A stretch of DNA of 64,000 nt. Source: an uncultured Gemmatimonadales bacterium (GTDB lineage Bacteria; Gemmatimonadota; Gemmatimonadetes; Longimicrobiales; RSA9). The notes below the pieces were generated by a model. The model did not search any database. It was not told where the DNA came from and saw only the letters and a list, made by a program, of their open reading frames with translations. Location of the stretch: positions 800,001-864,000 of the forward strand of contig CAVUKA010000001.1 in the NCBI GenBank assembly GCA_963741945.1. The letters are read 5' to 3'. Positions 41,595-50,715 of the stretch are shown here, piece by piece. Every line of letters starts with the position of its first letter. Positions within the stretch are counted from its first letter, which is position 1. A program made the translations under genes and the position numbers.

Positions 41595-43913
41595 TCAGAA
41601 GCTCACGGCCACAGACGCCACCGCATAGTGCAGCCACGCGAATGTGTATACCTGCTCCACGTCCGCGCCGCCCTCCACCATGCGATACCCCGCGCGGAGG
41701 CTCCACCGGTCCGACAGGTCGTAGCCGACTTTCACTGCCGCGTCCTCGGCGCGCCCGGGGCCGCCCGCGAGCGCGTCGATGTCCACACCCGCCGCCCAGC
41801 GCGGCGCGAAGCGCCAGTCGCCGGCCAGGTGGAGCAGTGGGACGAAGCCGACGTCGGTCTTCCGGCTCGTCGTCTGCCCCTGCTCCAGCGCGATCACGGC
41901 GTCCCGGACTTTCGCGGTGAACCCGACCCACGCCCGCGTCCGCGCGCCCTCGTGGAAGCGATAGCGGTACGTCAGCCGGTAGGAGTTGAACGTGTATCTC
42001 GCCTCCGTCGGCACACCCGCCGCGTAGTCCTCGCCCGCGAACGAGATCGGTGACCCCGGCACCCCCGTGGCCCGGATCGTCAGCGGGGCGACGAGCAGCC
42101 GCAGCCCATGCCGCCCCTCCGGGTTCCAGGTCACGTACAGCCGCCCGGCCGCCCACGGCCCCGCGCCGGCCAGGTCGGAGAGCGAGAAGCGCGTGGCGGT
42201 GCCGTCGTTCGGGATCTCCACGTCGTTGTAGCTCTGCCAGACGGGTCCGCCCTCGGCCTCGACGGCCCACCGGGGCGACGATGGGGCGGGCAGCGACGCG
42301 GGCAGCGTCGACTCCGGCGCCGGCGAGCCGGGTCGCGCGCTGACGAGCGCGCAGCACCCCGCCCGCTCGTCCACCGGCCCGGCCGAGTGCGTCCCGACCG
42401 GCTGCGACGCCGCCATGACGTGCGGCGGGGCGGCGCCGCCGGCGAGCAGCACCGCGAACAGCGCCGCCATTGCGCGGGCGGGCCTCCGGGCATCGTGGGC
42501 GGGCGCCCCCGGGTCCGCCGTTTCCGCTCCCGGGAGCGTTACGCGGAACTCGGTGTGTCCCGGGGTCGAGGTCAGCGCCACGGTGCCGTGATGACTCGCC
42601 GTCACCGTCCGCACGATGTCGAGCCCGAGGCCACGGCCCTCCCCCACCTCCTTCGTGGTGAAGAACGGATCGAATACCCGCTCCTGCCACTCCTCCGGGA
42701 TGCCGGGTCCATCATCGATGACCCGGACCACGACACGCCCGTCCTCCGCTCTCGCGTCGATCGCGATCCAGCCCGACTCCGCCACCGCGTCAATGGCGTT
42801 GTCCACGAGGTGCATCCACACCTGGTTCAGCTCGGACACCGACCCGTCCACCGCCGGCAGGTCCGGCGCCACGGTAAGCTCCAGCGTGGCGCCCTTGAGC
42901 GAAGCTTTCGAGTGCATGAGCGTCACCGTGTCCGCCAGGTGCTCCCCCACCCGGATCGGCTCGACCGCCGGGCCACGGTCCATGTGCGTGTGCTTCTTCA
43001 CGGCCGCCACCAGCGAGTGGATCCGCTCGGCCGCCGACACGATGTCGGCCGTGAGCGCACGCATTTCGCAGTCGGCGGCCAGGTACCGAAGGACCGGGCC
43101 CAGTTGAGTGGAGTCGACGGCCGGCGCCAGCGCTTCGAGGTCTACCACCCTGAAGCCGCGCTCCGCGAGCGGATACGCGAGTCCGGGATCGACGCCCCGC
43201 GCGCCCAGCCAGGCCGCGAGCTGGTCCTCGAGCTCCGCACGCTCCATCGGCGACAACGCCTCCCCTGCCGGCTCCCCCGCCGCCGATTCCCTCGACTGCA
43301 ACGACTCCAGCGCCCGCAGCGACGCTGCTTCCAGCCCGGCTTCGCCCAGCCCGCGAGCGGCCGCGACCAGCTCGCCCCGCATCCCGTTCAGCTCCCTTGC
43401 CGCGCGTGCGGCCGCGGAAGCGGGGTTGTTCAGCTCGTGGGCCAGCCCGGCGGACAGACGACCGAGCGCCGCCATCTTCTCCTGCCGCTTGTCGTCGGAC
43501 TTGAACACCCGCGCCCGGTCCAGCATCTCGTGCACGCACATCGCCGTGAAGTCGTAGCACGCCCGGGTCATGGCCGGGAGGTCCTCGACCCGGATGAACA
43601 CGAACTCCACCGGGCCATCCGCCACCACGTAGCCCCGGGGGTTGGTCATCCTCGAGTACGGCAGGTATCCCGTCACGCGTCCGGGCGTCACCTCCCTCAC
43701 TTCCCGCTCCACCCCGCCCTGGCTCACCCGGATGGAGAAGCGCCCCGAAACCAGCAGGAAGAGGCCCATCAGGACCTCGTCGCTCGCCCCGTGGTATACG
43801 GCTCCGTCCTGGCCGCGGTGGATTTCGCCATGGTCGAGGAGCCACTGGAGCTGCTCGCGCGGGATCCCGGCGAGGGGAGGCAGCGCCACGATCCGGTCGA
43901 TGAGGGGAGGCAT
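41595..43913 (-). CDS. cNMP-binding-like sensor histidine kinase in frame with a C-terminal outer-membrane beta-barrel-like protein (possibly two genes)
   Basis: LSAGLAHELNNP, ELNQVW.HL.DNA.DA, FDPFFTTK.VGEG.GLGL; then internal ATG at 42470 with a signal-like peptide and amphipathic strands ending in Phe. Confidence 0.75.
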   Translation of the reverse strand: MPPLIDRIVALPPLAGIPREQLQWLLDHGEIHRGQDGAVYHGASDEVLMGLFLLVSGRFSIRVSQGGVEREVREVTPGRVTGYLPYSRMTNPRGYVVADGPVEFVFIRVEDLPAMTRACYDFTAMCVHEMLDRARVFKSDDKRQEKMAALGRLSAGLAHELNNPASAAARAARELNGMRGELVAAARGLGEAGLEAASLRALESLQSRESAAGEPAGEALSPMERAELEDQLAAWLGARGVDPGLAYPLAERGFRVVDLEALAPAVDSTQLGPVLRYLAADCEMRALTADIVSAAERIHSLVAAVKKHTHMDRGPAVEPIRVGEHLADTVTLMHSKASLKGATLELTVAPDLPAVDGSVSELNQVWMHLVDNAIDAVAESGWIAIDARAEDGRVVVRVIDDGPGIPEEWQERVFDPFFTTKEVGEGRGLGLDIVRTVTASHHGTVALTSTPGHTEFRVTLPGAETADPGAPAHDARRPARAMAALFAVLLAGGAAPPHVMAASQPVGTHSAGPVDERAGCCALVSARPGSPAPESTLPASLPAPSSPRWAVEAEGGPVWQSYNDVEIPNDGTATRFSLSDLAGAGPWAAGRLYVTWNPEGRHGLRLLVAPLTIRATGVPGSPISFAGEDYAAGVPTEARYTFNSYRLTYRYRFHEGARTRAWVGFTAKVRDAVIALEQGQTTSRKTDVGFVPLLHLAGDWRFAPRWAAGVDIDALAGGPGRAEDAAVKVGYDLSDRWSLRAGYRMVEGGADVEQVYTFAWLHYAVASVAVSF

Positions 43914-44206
43914 GTCAGGTCCGGGGTTCGCGTGTAGAGGCTGGCGGAGATTGTGGCTCGCCAGGGGGCGGAGTCAACGGTTTCGTACTCCCGGCACCCC
44001 TCGGAAGAGTGGCCCGCCGCCGGCGGAGCTCGGCCGACCGCCCGTTCCGCTCGGCCGACCGCCCGTTCCACACGCGCGACGACCCGGCCCCCGGGAGATC
44101 GGGCCGGGGCACGTCCCGCCCAACGCGCGATACCATCCAGCTCAGGAATGCAACCTGCTGCCCTTGTCGAGCACGAGCCCGACTACGCCACCACACCCCG
44201 GATCCC

Positions 44207-45718
44207 ATGGCCCGTCTCATCCTCGACCACCGCCGGCCGCGCCTTCTCCCCGCCCTTGCCGCCACCCTCTTCCTCGCGGCCTGCGGCGGCGACCACCCCG
44301 ACCAGCCCATCGAGCGGGACCTCGCGGCCATCCAGCAGCGCGACACGCTCGTGGCCCTCGTGACTTTCAATTCCACCGGCTACTTCATCTATCGCGGCGA
44401 GCCCATGGGCTTCGAGTACGACCTCCTCCGCCAGTTCGCCAGGGACAGCGACCTCGAGTTCCGCACTGAGCTCGTCCGCGACCCCGCCAGGCTCTACGAG
44501 CAGTTGAACGCAGGCGACGGCGATGTGGTGGCCGCCCGCGTGGTCCCCACCCCGAGCGACAGCCCCAATGTGGCCTACACCCGCGCCCTCTATACCACCC
44601 GCCCCGCCACCGTCCAACGCTCCGCCCCCGCCGGAAGCGTGAATGCGCCGGAGGCCGTGGACACCATCCTCCAGCCGCGAGACTCGGCCGTGGCCCCGAC
44701 ACGCCCCCTGCGCATCGAGGCCCGTCTCGTCCGCCGCCCTGCTGATCTCGCCGGGCGTGAGGTCACCATCCCCGGCCGCGCCTTCTACGAGGATCGCCTC
44801 GTCGAGCTCGCCGACAGCCTGGACGAGGACATCACTGTCGTCGTCATGGACAGCGCCAGCTACGAGACCCTCTTCCGCCGGCTCGCGCGCGGCGAGATCC
44901 GCCTCACCGTCGCCCCCGAGAACGTGGCCAGGCTCCGCGAGAGCTACTACACCAACCTCCTCGTACAGCCCGTCGTCGGCCCCACCCACCCCGTGGTCTG
45001 GGCCATCCGCCGCAATGCGCCACGACTCCGCCAGGCCCTCGACCGCTGGATCGCCCGGGCCAACGCGGACGGCACCATTGACGAACGATACCGGACTTAC
45101 TTCCGCGACCGGCAGGGGTACGACGAGCGCGTACGGAGCGCGTATCTCACGTCAGAGACCGGACGACTCAGTCAGTTCGACTCCCTCTTCCAGGCGGCCG
45201 CCCCAGGGATCGGCTGGGACTGGCGCCTCCTCGCCGCACAGGCGTTCCAGGAATCCAGGTTCCAGCCCCACGTCCGCTCCTGGGCCGGCGCCATCGGTAT
45301 CCTCCAGCTCATGCCCGCCACTGCCCGCGAGGTCGGTGTCGCCGACCCGACAGACCCACGCCAGAACGTCCAGGGCGCAGTCCGCTACCTCGAGAAGCTC
45401 GATCGGCGATGGAGGAAGGACATCTCCGATCCCGACCAGCGCCTCTCCTTCGTCCTCGCCAGCTACAACGCCGGCGCTGGCCACGTCGACGACGCCCGCC
45501 GCCTCGCGCGGAAGAACGGCGATGATCCCGACCTGTGGGATGATGTCGCCTACTGGCTACTCCAGAAGTCCCGCAAGGAAGTCTACCGCGACCCGGTCGT
45601 CCGGTACGGCTTCTGCCGCGGCATCGAGCCCGTCACGTACGTCTCCCGCATCCGCGAACGCTTCCAGAACTACAAGCAGTTCGTCAATGACCACGCCGCC
45701 ACCACCAGCAGCGAATGA
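44207..45718 (+). CDS. mltF: Membrane-bound lytic murein transglycosylase F-like (SBP domain plus SLT domain)
   Basis: Lipobox LAAC; YFIYRGEPMGFEYDL, DWRLLAAQ.FQES.F, G.LQLMP.TA, LASYNAG.GHV.DAR. Confidence 0.88.
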   Translation: MARLILDHRRPRLLPALAATLFLAACGGDHPDQPIERDLAAIQQRDTLVALVTFNSTGYFIYRGEPMGFEYDLLRQFARDSDLEFRTELVRDPARLYEQLNAGDGDVVAARVVPTPSDSPNVAYTRALYTTRPATVQRSAPAGSVNAPEAVDTILQPRDSAVAPTRPLRIEARLVRRPADLAGREVTIPGRAFYEDRLVELADSLDEDITVVVMDSASYETLFRRLARGEIRLTVAPENVARLRESYYTNLLVQPVVGPTHPVVWAIRRNAPRLRQALDRWIARANADGTIDERYRTYFRDRQGYDERVRSAYLTSETGRLSQFDSLFQAAAPGIGWDWRLLAAQAFQESRFQPHVRSWAGAIGILQLMPATAREVGVADPTDPRQNVQGAVRYLEKLDRRWRKDISDPDQRLSFVLASYNAGAGHVDDARRLARKNGDDPDLWDDVAYWLLQKSRKEVYRDPVVRYGFCRGIEPVTYVSRIRERFQNYKQFVNDHAATTSSE

Positions 45719-45909
45719 GGCTGGCGCTCCCGGGTCTGGATCGCCGTCACGACGCCGGACTCATGTCAGCACCGCTTCCACCTCCCGCTCCGGATTGAAC
45801 CGCGCCGGGTTTTCCGGAAACCGGTTTACGTGAGTGCCGCGACGGATACGATCGTAGCCCACTGGGACGGATATTCCTGTTGCTCATGACGCCAATCTCG
45901 TCCGGACGG

Positions 45910-46083
45910 CTATGTCTTCAGTCTTGCTGAAACCTCCAGCAGCTCCCGGATCCGCAGCAGCTCCGCGTGCATTCCCTTGACCGAGCTGACCAGCAGCCAC
46001 GCCATCCAGAGCAGGAATCCCCAGAACAGGAGCCCCACTACCAGGGTCAGAGCGAACCAGACGCTTTGAAAACCACCCATCAT
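45910..46083 (-). CDS. Small single-TM protein (57 aa), distal cassette
   Basis: AGGAGGA RBS; ATGA overlap with the upstream small ORF. Confidence 0.65.
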   Translation of the reverse strand: MMGGFQSVWFALTLVVGLLFWGFLLWMAWLLVSSVKGMHAELLRIRELLEVSARLKT

Positions 46084-46247
46084 TCCTCCTGATTCCGGCG
46101 GACAAGGGAGTAGTACGCCCAGTGCTGCACCACAGCCGAGAGGATCAACCCGATGACCACAACGGAATCCCATTCCGTCCGGAACCCCGCGACGATCCAC
46201 AGGATCAGATTGACTTCGATCGCCAAAAACAACCGCCGGTGATTCAC
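46080..46247 (-). CDS. Small two-TM protein (55 aa, not in the ORF track), distal cassette
   Basis: AGGAGG RBS then GTG: MNHRRLFLAIEVNLILWIVAGFRTEWDSVVVIGLILSAVVQHWAYYSLVRRNQEE. Confidence 0.6.
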   Translation of the reverse strand: MNHRRLFLAIEVNLILWIVAGFRTEWDSVVVIGLILSAVVQHWAYYSLVRRNQEE

Positions 46248-46283
46248 GGAGCCTCCTGTGACTGTTCGGATGCCTTCACTTCA

Positions 46284-46330
46284 TGACGTTTCAACGGCTT
46301 GCGACCACGAGCGCCGATCGCCTCAAGCGC
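46284..46330 (-). repeat. Degenerate attC-like half-site
   Basis: TGACGTTTCAACGGCTTGCGACC...CTCAAGCGC resembles the repeat end TAACGTTTCCAGGTTGGCGACC. Confidence 0.45.
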
Positions 46331-46358
46331 TTGGCCGCCGCCAGAAGCGGATTTGAGA

Positions 46359-46458
46359 CGACGTTTCCAGGTTGGCGACCCGCCACGCCGGGACCTTCAG
46401 CGCGAGACCACCTTCGAACCTGCACTTCCGTCACCAGCTCCAACACGGCCGCGGCGGG
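46359..46458 (-). repeat. Truncated attC-like site (TAAC lost; side arm and second R box missing)
   Basis: ACGTTTCCAGGTTGGCGACCCGCC...CACCTTCGAA...CACCAGCTCCAACACGGCCGCGGCGGG closely matches the copy at 50239. Confidence 0.75.
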
Positions 46459-46762
46459 CCTTTCGACCGCCCCGACTATCACCTTGACTCTGTGGTCGGC
46501 AATGGCAGCTGCCCCATCATCGACGCGAGTGTCTCGGCAACGGCCGCGGGGCTCCTCCTTGCCAGCGGTAGTTCAGCAACCCTGCCCCATTCTGGAGGGT
46601 TCCGAACGGCCAGAACCCACTCTGCATCCCGGGTTCAGCCCCTTTGATACAATGGAGGGGGAAGCCCCTGTTTGTTCTCCGACGTGCGTCGCCTTGTTTC
46701 CCTGATCACTGCCAGCGCTCCCCTCACCCTCTCCGCCAACGAGGGGGCCGCATGCATGGACC

Positions 46763-47362
46763 CTACGTTCCCCCGCAATTCCGCTGGACCTTGACAACCT
46801 CCGCCACCCGCGCCCCCAATTTCCGACCTTTCGCCATGAAGATTGACTCGATCGACGCGGCCACGGCCGTGTCCCCGAACGGGGGCTCGACGGTGACGGC
46901 GGATGCACCGAATGCCTCCGTCCAGGTCGGCCCGCCAACGACGAGCATGTTATAGATCAGCATCGCCCGGAGGATGGCGAGTTGGACGGTCTCTTCGCCC
47001 GCAGAGATTCCTCCCGCCGTGACAAACGCCGCCCCAACCTTGTCCCGCATCTCGCCGTTGAACGGAAGCGATCCCAGAAACTCCACAATCGGGGCAGCGA
47101 TGTTGGCCGCGTGGACGGGGCTGCCGACGATCAGAGCGTCAGCCCATAGCACGTCGACCCGCGAGGCGCTATCAACGGATAACAGCCGTACATCGGCCCC
47201 CGCGATACCGCGGGCTCCGGCTGCGACGGCTTCGGCCATTCGTTCCGTGTGCCCCGTCTCGCTGTGGTAGACGACCAGGATGTGCTGACACGCGGCCGCT
47301 TCCGGCAACGCAGAAAGCAGAATACCCATAACCCATAGCCTGCGTGCTGCCCGCCAAGTCAT
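46763..47362 (-). CDS. Flavodoxin-fold NAD(P)H:quinone oxidoreductase (WrbA-like) with signal peptide
   Basis: LVVYHSETGHTE.MAEAVA.GA, ALIVGSP, KVGAAF.T.G..S.GEE. Confidence 0.8.
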   Translation of the reverse strand: MTWRAARRLWVMGILLSALPEAAACQHILVVYHSETGHTERMAEAVAAGARGIAGADVRLLSVDSASRVDVLWADALIVGSPVHAANIAAPIVEFLGSLPFNGEMRDKVGAAFVTAGGISAGEETVQLAILRAMLIYNMLVVGGPTWTEAFGASAVTVEPPFGDTAVAASIESIFMAKGRKLGARVAEVVKVQRNCGGT

Positions 47363-47584
47363 AGGGTCCTCCCCGGTTTGACGGAATCCCACGTGTGCCT
47401 CCAACCCCGGCACCCTTCTGACGGGGCCGCCCGCGCCTGCGGCGCTCCGAACCTCGACCTCACCCTCCGACGGGAGTGTCCATTTTCAAACCGTTGCTGC
47501 TGTCCAGCTTACAACCGATGGTGACACCGTCGCCTATCCTCGCCAGCACCTCTCCCGCCCACGGAAATATTGTCCGCTCGTTCT

Positions 47585-48082
47585 CTACCCTGCTATTCGC
47601 CACCGGGGCAACCACCGCTTCACACGGGCTCGATAGGCCTCGTATTCGCCGCCAAACGTCCGCTCCAGCGTCGGCTCCTCATAGGCGCGGACGAACACAT
47701 GGGCAACCCCAAGGAACAGCAGCGCATACGCTGCCAGGGCGACCGACCTGTAGACCAGCGCTGCCCCGAAGAGAGCCACTACCGCACCCAGGTACATGGG
47801 ATTGCGCACCCACCGATACGGTCCCGACACCACCAGTTGACGAGGAGAATCAAAGGGCGCAGGCGTCCCCCGCCCTACGAACGTAAACGCCAGCACGCAC
47901 CACACGGCAACCACCGCTCCTGCAATCAAGATCATGATCCCCACTGATTCGGCTATGCCTATGGCATCCGGCGGCGTGATCCCCGCCCAGCTCAGCACTC
48001 GAGCCGGAAGAAAGACCAAGAACAGAGCCACAAACAGCGATCCCCAGGTCAGAGTCCGGATCACGACGAAGATCGCATCCAT
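47585..48082 (-). CDS. Isoprenylcysteine carboxyl methyltransferase / PEMT family membrane protein
   Basis: G.GTPAPFD.P..LV.SGPYRWVRNPMYLG, EEP.L...FG..Y..YR..V.RW. Confidence 0.88.
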   Translation of the reverse strand: MDAIFVVIRTLTWGSLFVALFLVFLPARVLSWAGITPPDAIGIAESVGIMILIAGAVVAVWCVLAFTFVGRGTPAPFDSPRQLVVSGPYRWVRNPMYLGAVVALFGAALVYRSVALAAYALLFLGVAHVFVRAYEEPTLERTFGGEYEAYRARVKRWLPRWRIAG

Positions 48083-48182
48083 GCTCTCCCCTCTCTCTTC
48101 TCAGCGCCGATCGAATCCACCGCCTCTCCTCCTCGCCTGGCCCACCACCGCATCAAAGCGACCGCAGGCGCAGGATTATTTC

Positions 48183-48229
48183 GGCTAACATTCCCAGGTT
48201 GGCGACCCGCCGCGCCCAAGCATCCAGCG
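48183..48229 (-). repeat. Half of an attC-like site, fused to the IS110 remnant
   Basis: GGCTAACATTCCCAGGTTGGCGACCCGCCGCGCC...TCCAGCG; similarity stops a few nt before the transposase ATG. Confidence 0.8.
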
Positions 48230-49310
48230 GCGCACCATGCTGCACACGGGGATCGATCTGCATAAGCGCACCTGCGTTCTGGCCACGGTGGACGCCGACG
48301 GCGAAGTCGTGGCCGAAGCGGAGCTCCGAACCCGTCGGGCGGCCATCGCCCGCTACTTCGCGCAGCTCCCGCCGCACCGAGCCACAGTCGAAGCCACCAG
48401 CAGCTGGTACTGGATCCGGGACCTGCTGGAGGCCCACATGATCTCCGCTGAGCTCCGACCGCTCCGCGACGTGATGCGGACCCGGCTCCGCCTGATCCAG
48501 AAAGAGGTCGGGACTCGAAACAGCATTCACCGGCTCCCCGAGAAGCACAACGTTCGCAGTGTCGCGGACCTGCCGCCCATGGCCCAGCTCCAGGCCGCCT
48601 GCCACCGCGAGCAGAGGGAGCTTCTCCGGGAGCACGTCCGCCGACTCGAGAAGAGCCTCCACCCGCACCTGGTGCCTGACCCCGATGTCCAGCGGCTGCT
48701 TGCGATCCCCGGGATCGGCAAGGTCGGCGCCTGGAGGCAAGGACCGGCACCGGCACTCCAGGGACGGCAACAAATACCTGAAGATCGTCTTCTCGAACGC
48801 CGCGGTCCGCGCGATCCAGTACAACCCCGAGATCCGGAGCTGGTACGAACGGAAGGCGCGGAAAAAGAACCGGGCTGTGGCCGGGCTCTCGTCGCGAAGG
48901 AACTCGCTCGTATCGTCTACCATGTCCTCTCGAAGCGGGAGGACTTCAACCATCGCTTCAAAGGCATCCCGCTCCAGCGGCGGAAAAAGCAGGAGTGGCC
49001 ACGTCGGTCAAGCCCGGGCAGCTAACTGGATCGGCTTTCGCCGAGTACCGCCCCGTTTGATTGGGAAGACCGACGTCGAGCCGCCGGACGTATCTGGGAC
49101 CGCTCCGCAGAGCGACCGCTGAAATGAGCAGCGGTGAGCCCGAAATGGTGTTTGGACGCCACTCCACGTCCGATTCGATACCCACTCCGGCCCGGCCAGA
49201 CCTGCCGTCGCTCGCGGAATCGAGAAGCGTCGCACGATCGAAAAGCGAATCAGAATCTCTGATTCCGCAGAGGATCATCGTGCTCCTTGACGAAGGACTT
49301 GTTAATGGTG
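48230..49310 (+). mobile_element. IS110/IS1111-type element remnant with ~285-bp 3' non-coding end
   Basis: Transposase remnant; structured 3' end; outward TTGACG at 49287-49292; junction at 49309-49310 abuts a degenerate R box (TGTCAGGCGG). Confidence 0.65.
48237..49025 (+). pseudogene. IS110-family transposase with internal deletions and frameshifts
   Basis: GIDLHK (DEDD N-terminus), VEAT..WYW, L..IPGIG; GNKYLK..F..AA..A in another frame; A.VA.ELARI.YH.L. Confidence 0.88.
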
Positions 49311-49363
49311 TCAGGCGGTGTCCGCAAATCCAGGCCTTTCGCTCCGCAAACCGCCTCTCGCTC

Positions 49364-49393
49364 TTGAACTGCCGATCCCCTCCTGGGTATCAT
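49364..49393 (+). promoter_or_regulatory. Putative sigma70 promoter of the inverted TA cassette
   Basis: TTGAAC-N18-TATCAT, followed by AAGGAGG and ATG at 49412. Confidence 0.5.
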
Positions 49394-49411
49394 CCGGCCA
49401 AGGAGGATCTC

Positions 49412-49630
49412 ATGACCGAACTACTCAAGAAGGCTTTCGACGAAGCGTCCAAACTCCCCAGCGAGCAGCAGGACGCCATCGCCGCTCTACTCCTGGAGGA
49501 GCTCGAGTCCGATCGAAACTGGGATCGGACCTTTGAAAACTCCCAGGACGACTTGGCGAAGCTCGCGAACGAAGCCCTCGCCGAAGACGCACGAGGTGAG
49601 ACGGAAAACCTCGACCCGTCCAAGCTTTGA
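49412..49630 (+). CDS. Type II antitoxin (72 aa, acidic)
   Basis: MT.LL.KAF.EA.KLP...QD.IA..LLEEL...W...F motif; overlaps the toxin start. Confidence 0.8.
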   Translation: MTELLKKAFDEASKLPSEQQDAIAALLLEELESDRNWDRTFENSQDDLAKLANEALAEDARGETENLDPSKL

Positions 49631-49896
49631 CCTCCCGCACCACTTCATCTTTTCGGAAGGCCTATTCCTCACTTCCTACCGACGTCCAGGAGCGGGCTCG
49701 CGAGGCCTTCGACCTCTTCTCCGCCAATCCGGCTCATCCGAGCCTGCAGTTCAAGCAGGTTCACGCGACCGAGCCGATCTTCTCAGCCCGCATATCGCTC
49801 CACTACAGAGCCTTGGCCCGCCGCGCCGACGATGACTGGATCTGGTTCTGGATCGGCTCACACGCCGACTATGACCAACTCTTGAAGCGCCTGTAG
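49627..49896 (+). CDS. RelE/ParE-superfamily toxin
   Basis: F.K.Y..LP..VQ..AR.AF.LF..NP.HPSL.FK, S.RI...YRAL, WFWIGSHADYD. Confidence 0.85.
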   Translation: MTSRTTSSFRKAYSSLPTDVQERAREAFDLFSANPAHPSLQFKQVHATEPIFSARISLHYRALARRADDDWIWFWIGSHADYDQLLKRL

Positions 49897-49912
49897 CTCT
49901 GAAGCGGATGCC

Positions 49913-50065
49913 GCATAACGTTTCCAGGCTACCGACCCGGCCCACCATGAACTGCAGGGCCGCGGCGAGTTTCGAATCCACACGCGCCCACCGAACGGCG
50001 CAACATTGCGGGCCGGGTACTCCGCAGCGACCGAAGGGAGCGGAGGCGCTAGCCGTCTGTTATCC
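49913..50065 (-). repeat. attC-like site 6 (153 bp)
   Basis: + strand GCATAAC-GTTTCCA-GGCTACCG-ACCCGGCCC...GGGCCGGGT-[28 nt]-CGCTAGCC-GTCT-GTTATCC. Confidence 0.9.
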
Positions 50066-50238
50066 GCTGCGCCTCCATCAGCCGCCTCTCCGTCCGCGTG
50101 TTCGCGTGCCCGGCGAAGCAGTTCCGAGTGTCGAAAGAACTGCCGGACCCGAGGTGGCTCGCCTCGGCGGGGCCCGCCTGCTCGAGAACGTGATCAAAAT
50201 CAAATTGATTTCGCTGTCTCCGTCTTGGAGGCGCTTGC
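50066..50238. other. Cassette without a convincing ORF (~175 bp)
   Basis: Lies between two att sites; has its own terminal inverted repeat; contains hairpins and an AT-rich palindrome. Confidence 0.7.
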
Positions 50239-50389
50239 GGCTAACGTCTCCAGGTTGGCGACCCGCCGCGCCGATACCTCTAGCACGCGATCACCTTCGA
50301 AACAGCGGCAGCCTCACCAGCTTCAACACGGTCGCGGCGGGTTCTCCGGAGCGGCCGCAGGCCGCGCAGGCGCCAACCGTTTGTTAACC
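50239..50389 (-). repeat. attC-like site 5 (151 bp)
   Basis: GGCTAAC-GTCTCCA-GGTTGGCG-ACCCGCCGC...GCGGCGGGT-[28 nt]-CGCCAACC-GTTT-GTTAACC. Confidence 0.9.
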
Positions 50390-50418
50390 GCCGTGTTCTG
50401 CCCACAGCCTGGCGGACG

Positions 50419-50715
50419 TCACCTCCGGGCCTGCCAACGCTTCGGATCGCGGCGGGAATGGAAAACGGAGAGTACCACGATCTCTTCCGCGCTCACTCTG
50501 AAGAGAATGGCATATGGGAATCGCCGAACAACGGCCCTCCGGACATCCCGATACAGAATGGGAAATCGGAGAGGATTCCGCTGGATCGCTGAGAAAGCCG
50601 CATCGATGACGCGGACGAATTCCGCTCCCAAGCCCAAGGAACGCTCCGAATACCACGCTGCGGCTTCCTCGAGTTCGGCGTCGGCCGCAGGGCGAACAAC
50701 GAAGCGGCGGCTCAC
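50419..50715 (-). CDS. RelE/ParE family toxin
   Basis: P.A.AELEEA..WY....GLG.EF, RR..V.RFPY.I.F, V..VFH.RR.P..W. Confidence 0.9.
   Translation of the reverse strand: MSRRFVVRPAADAELEEAAAWYSERSLGLGAEFVRVIDAAFSAIQRNPLRFPILYRDVRRAVVRRFPYAILFRVSAEEIVVLSVFHSRRDPKRWQARR

Noticed and set aside
47400-47585. att site between the methyltransferase and flavodoxin genes
   Set aside because: No TAAC/GTTA boxes or GGTTGGCG-type stem could be found.
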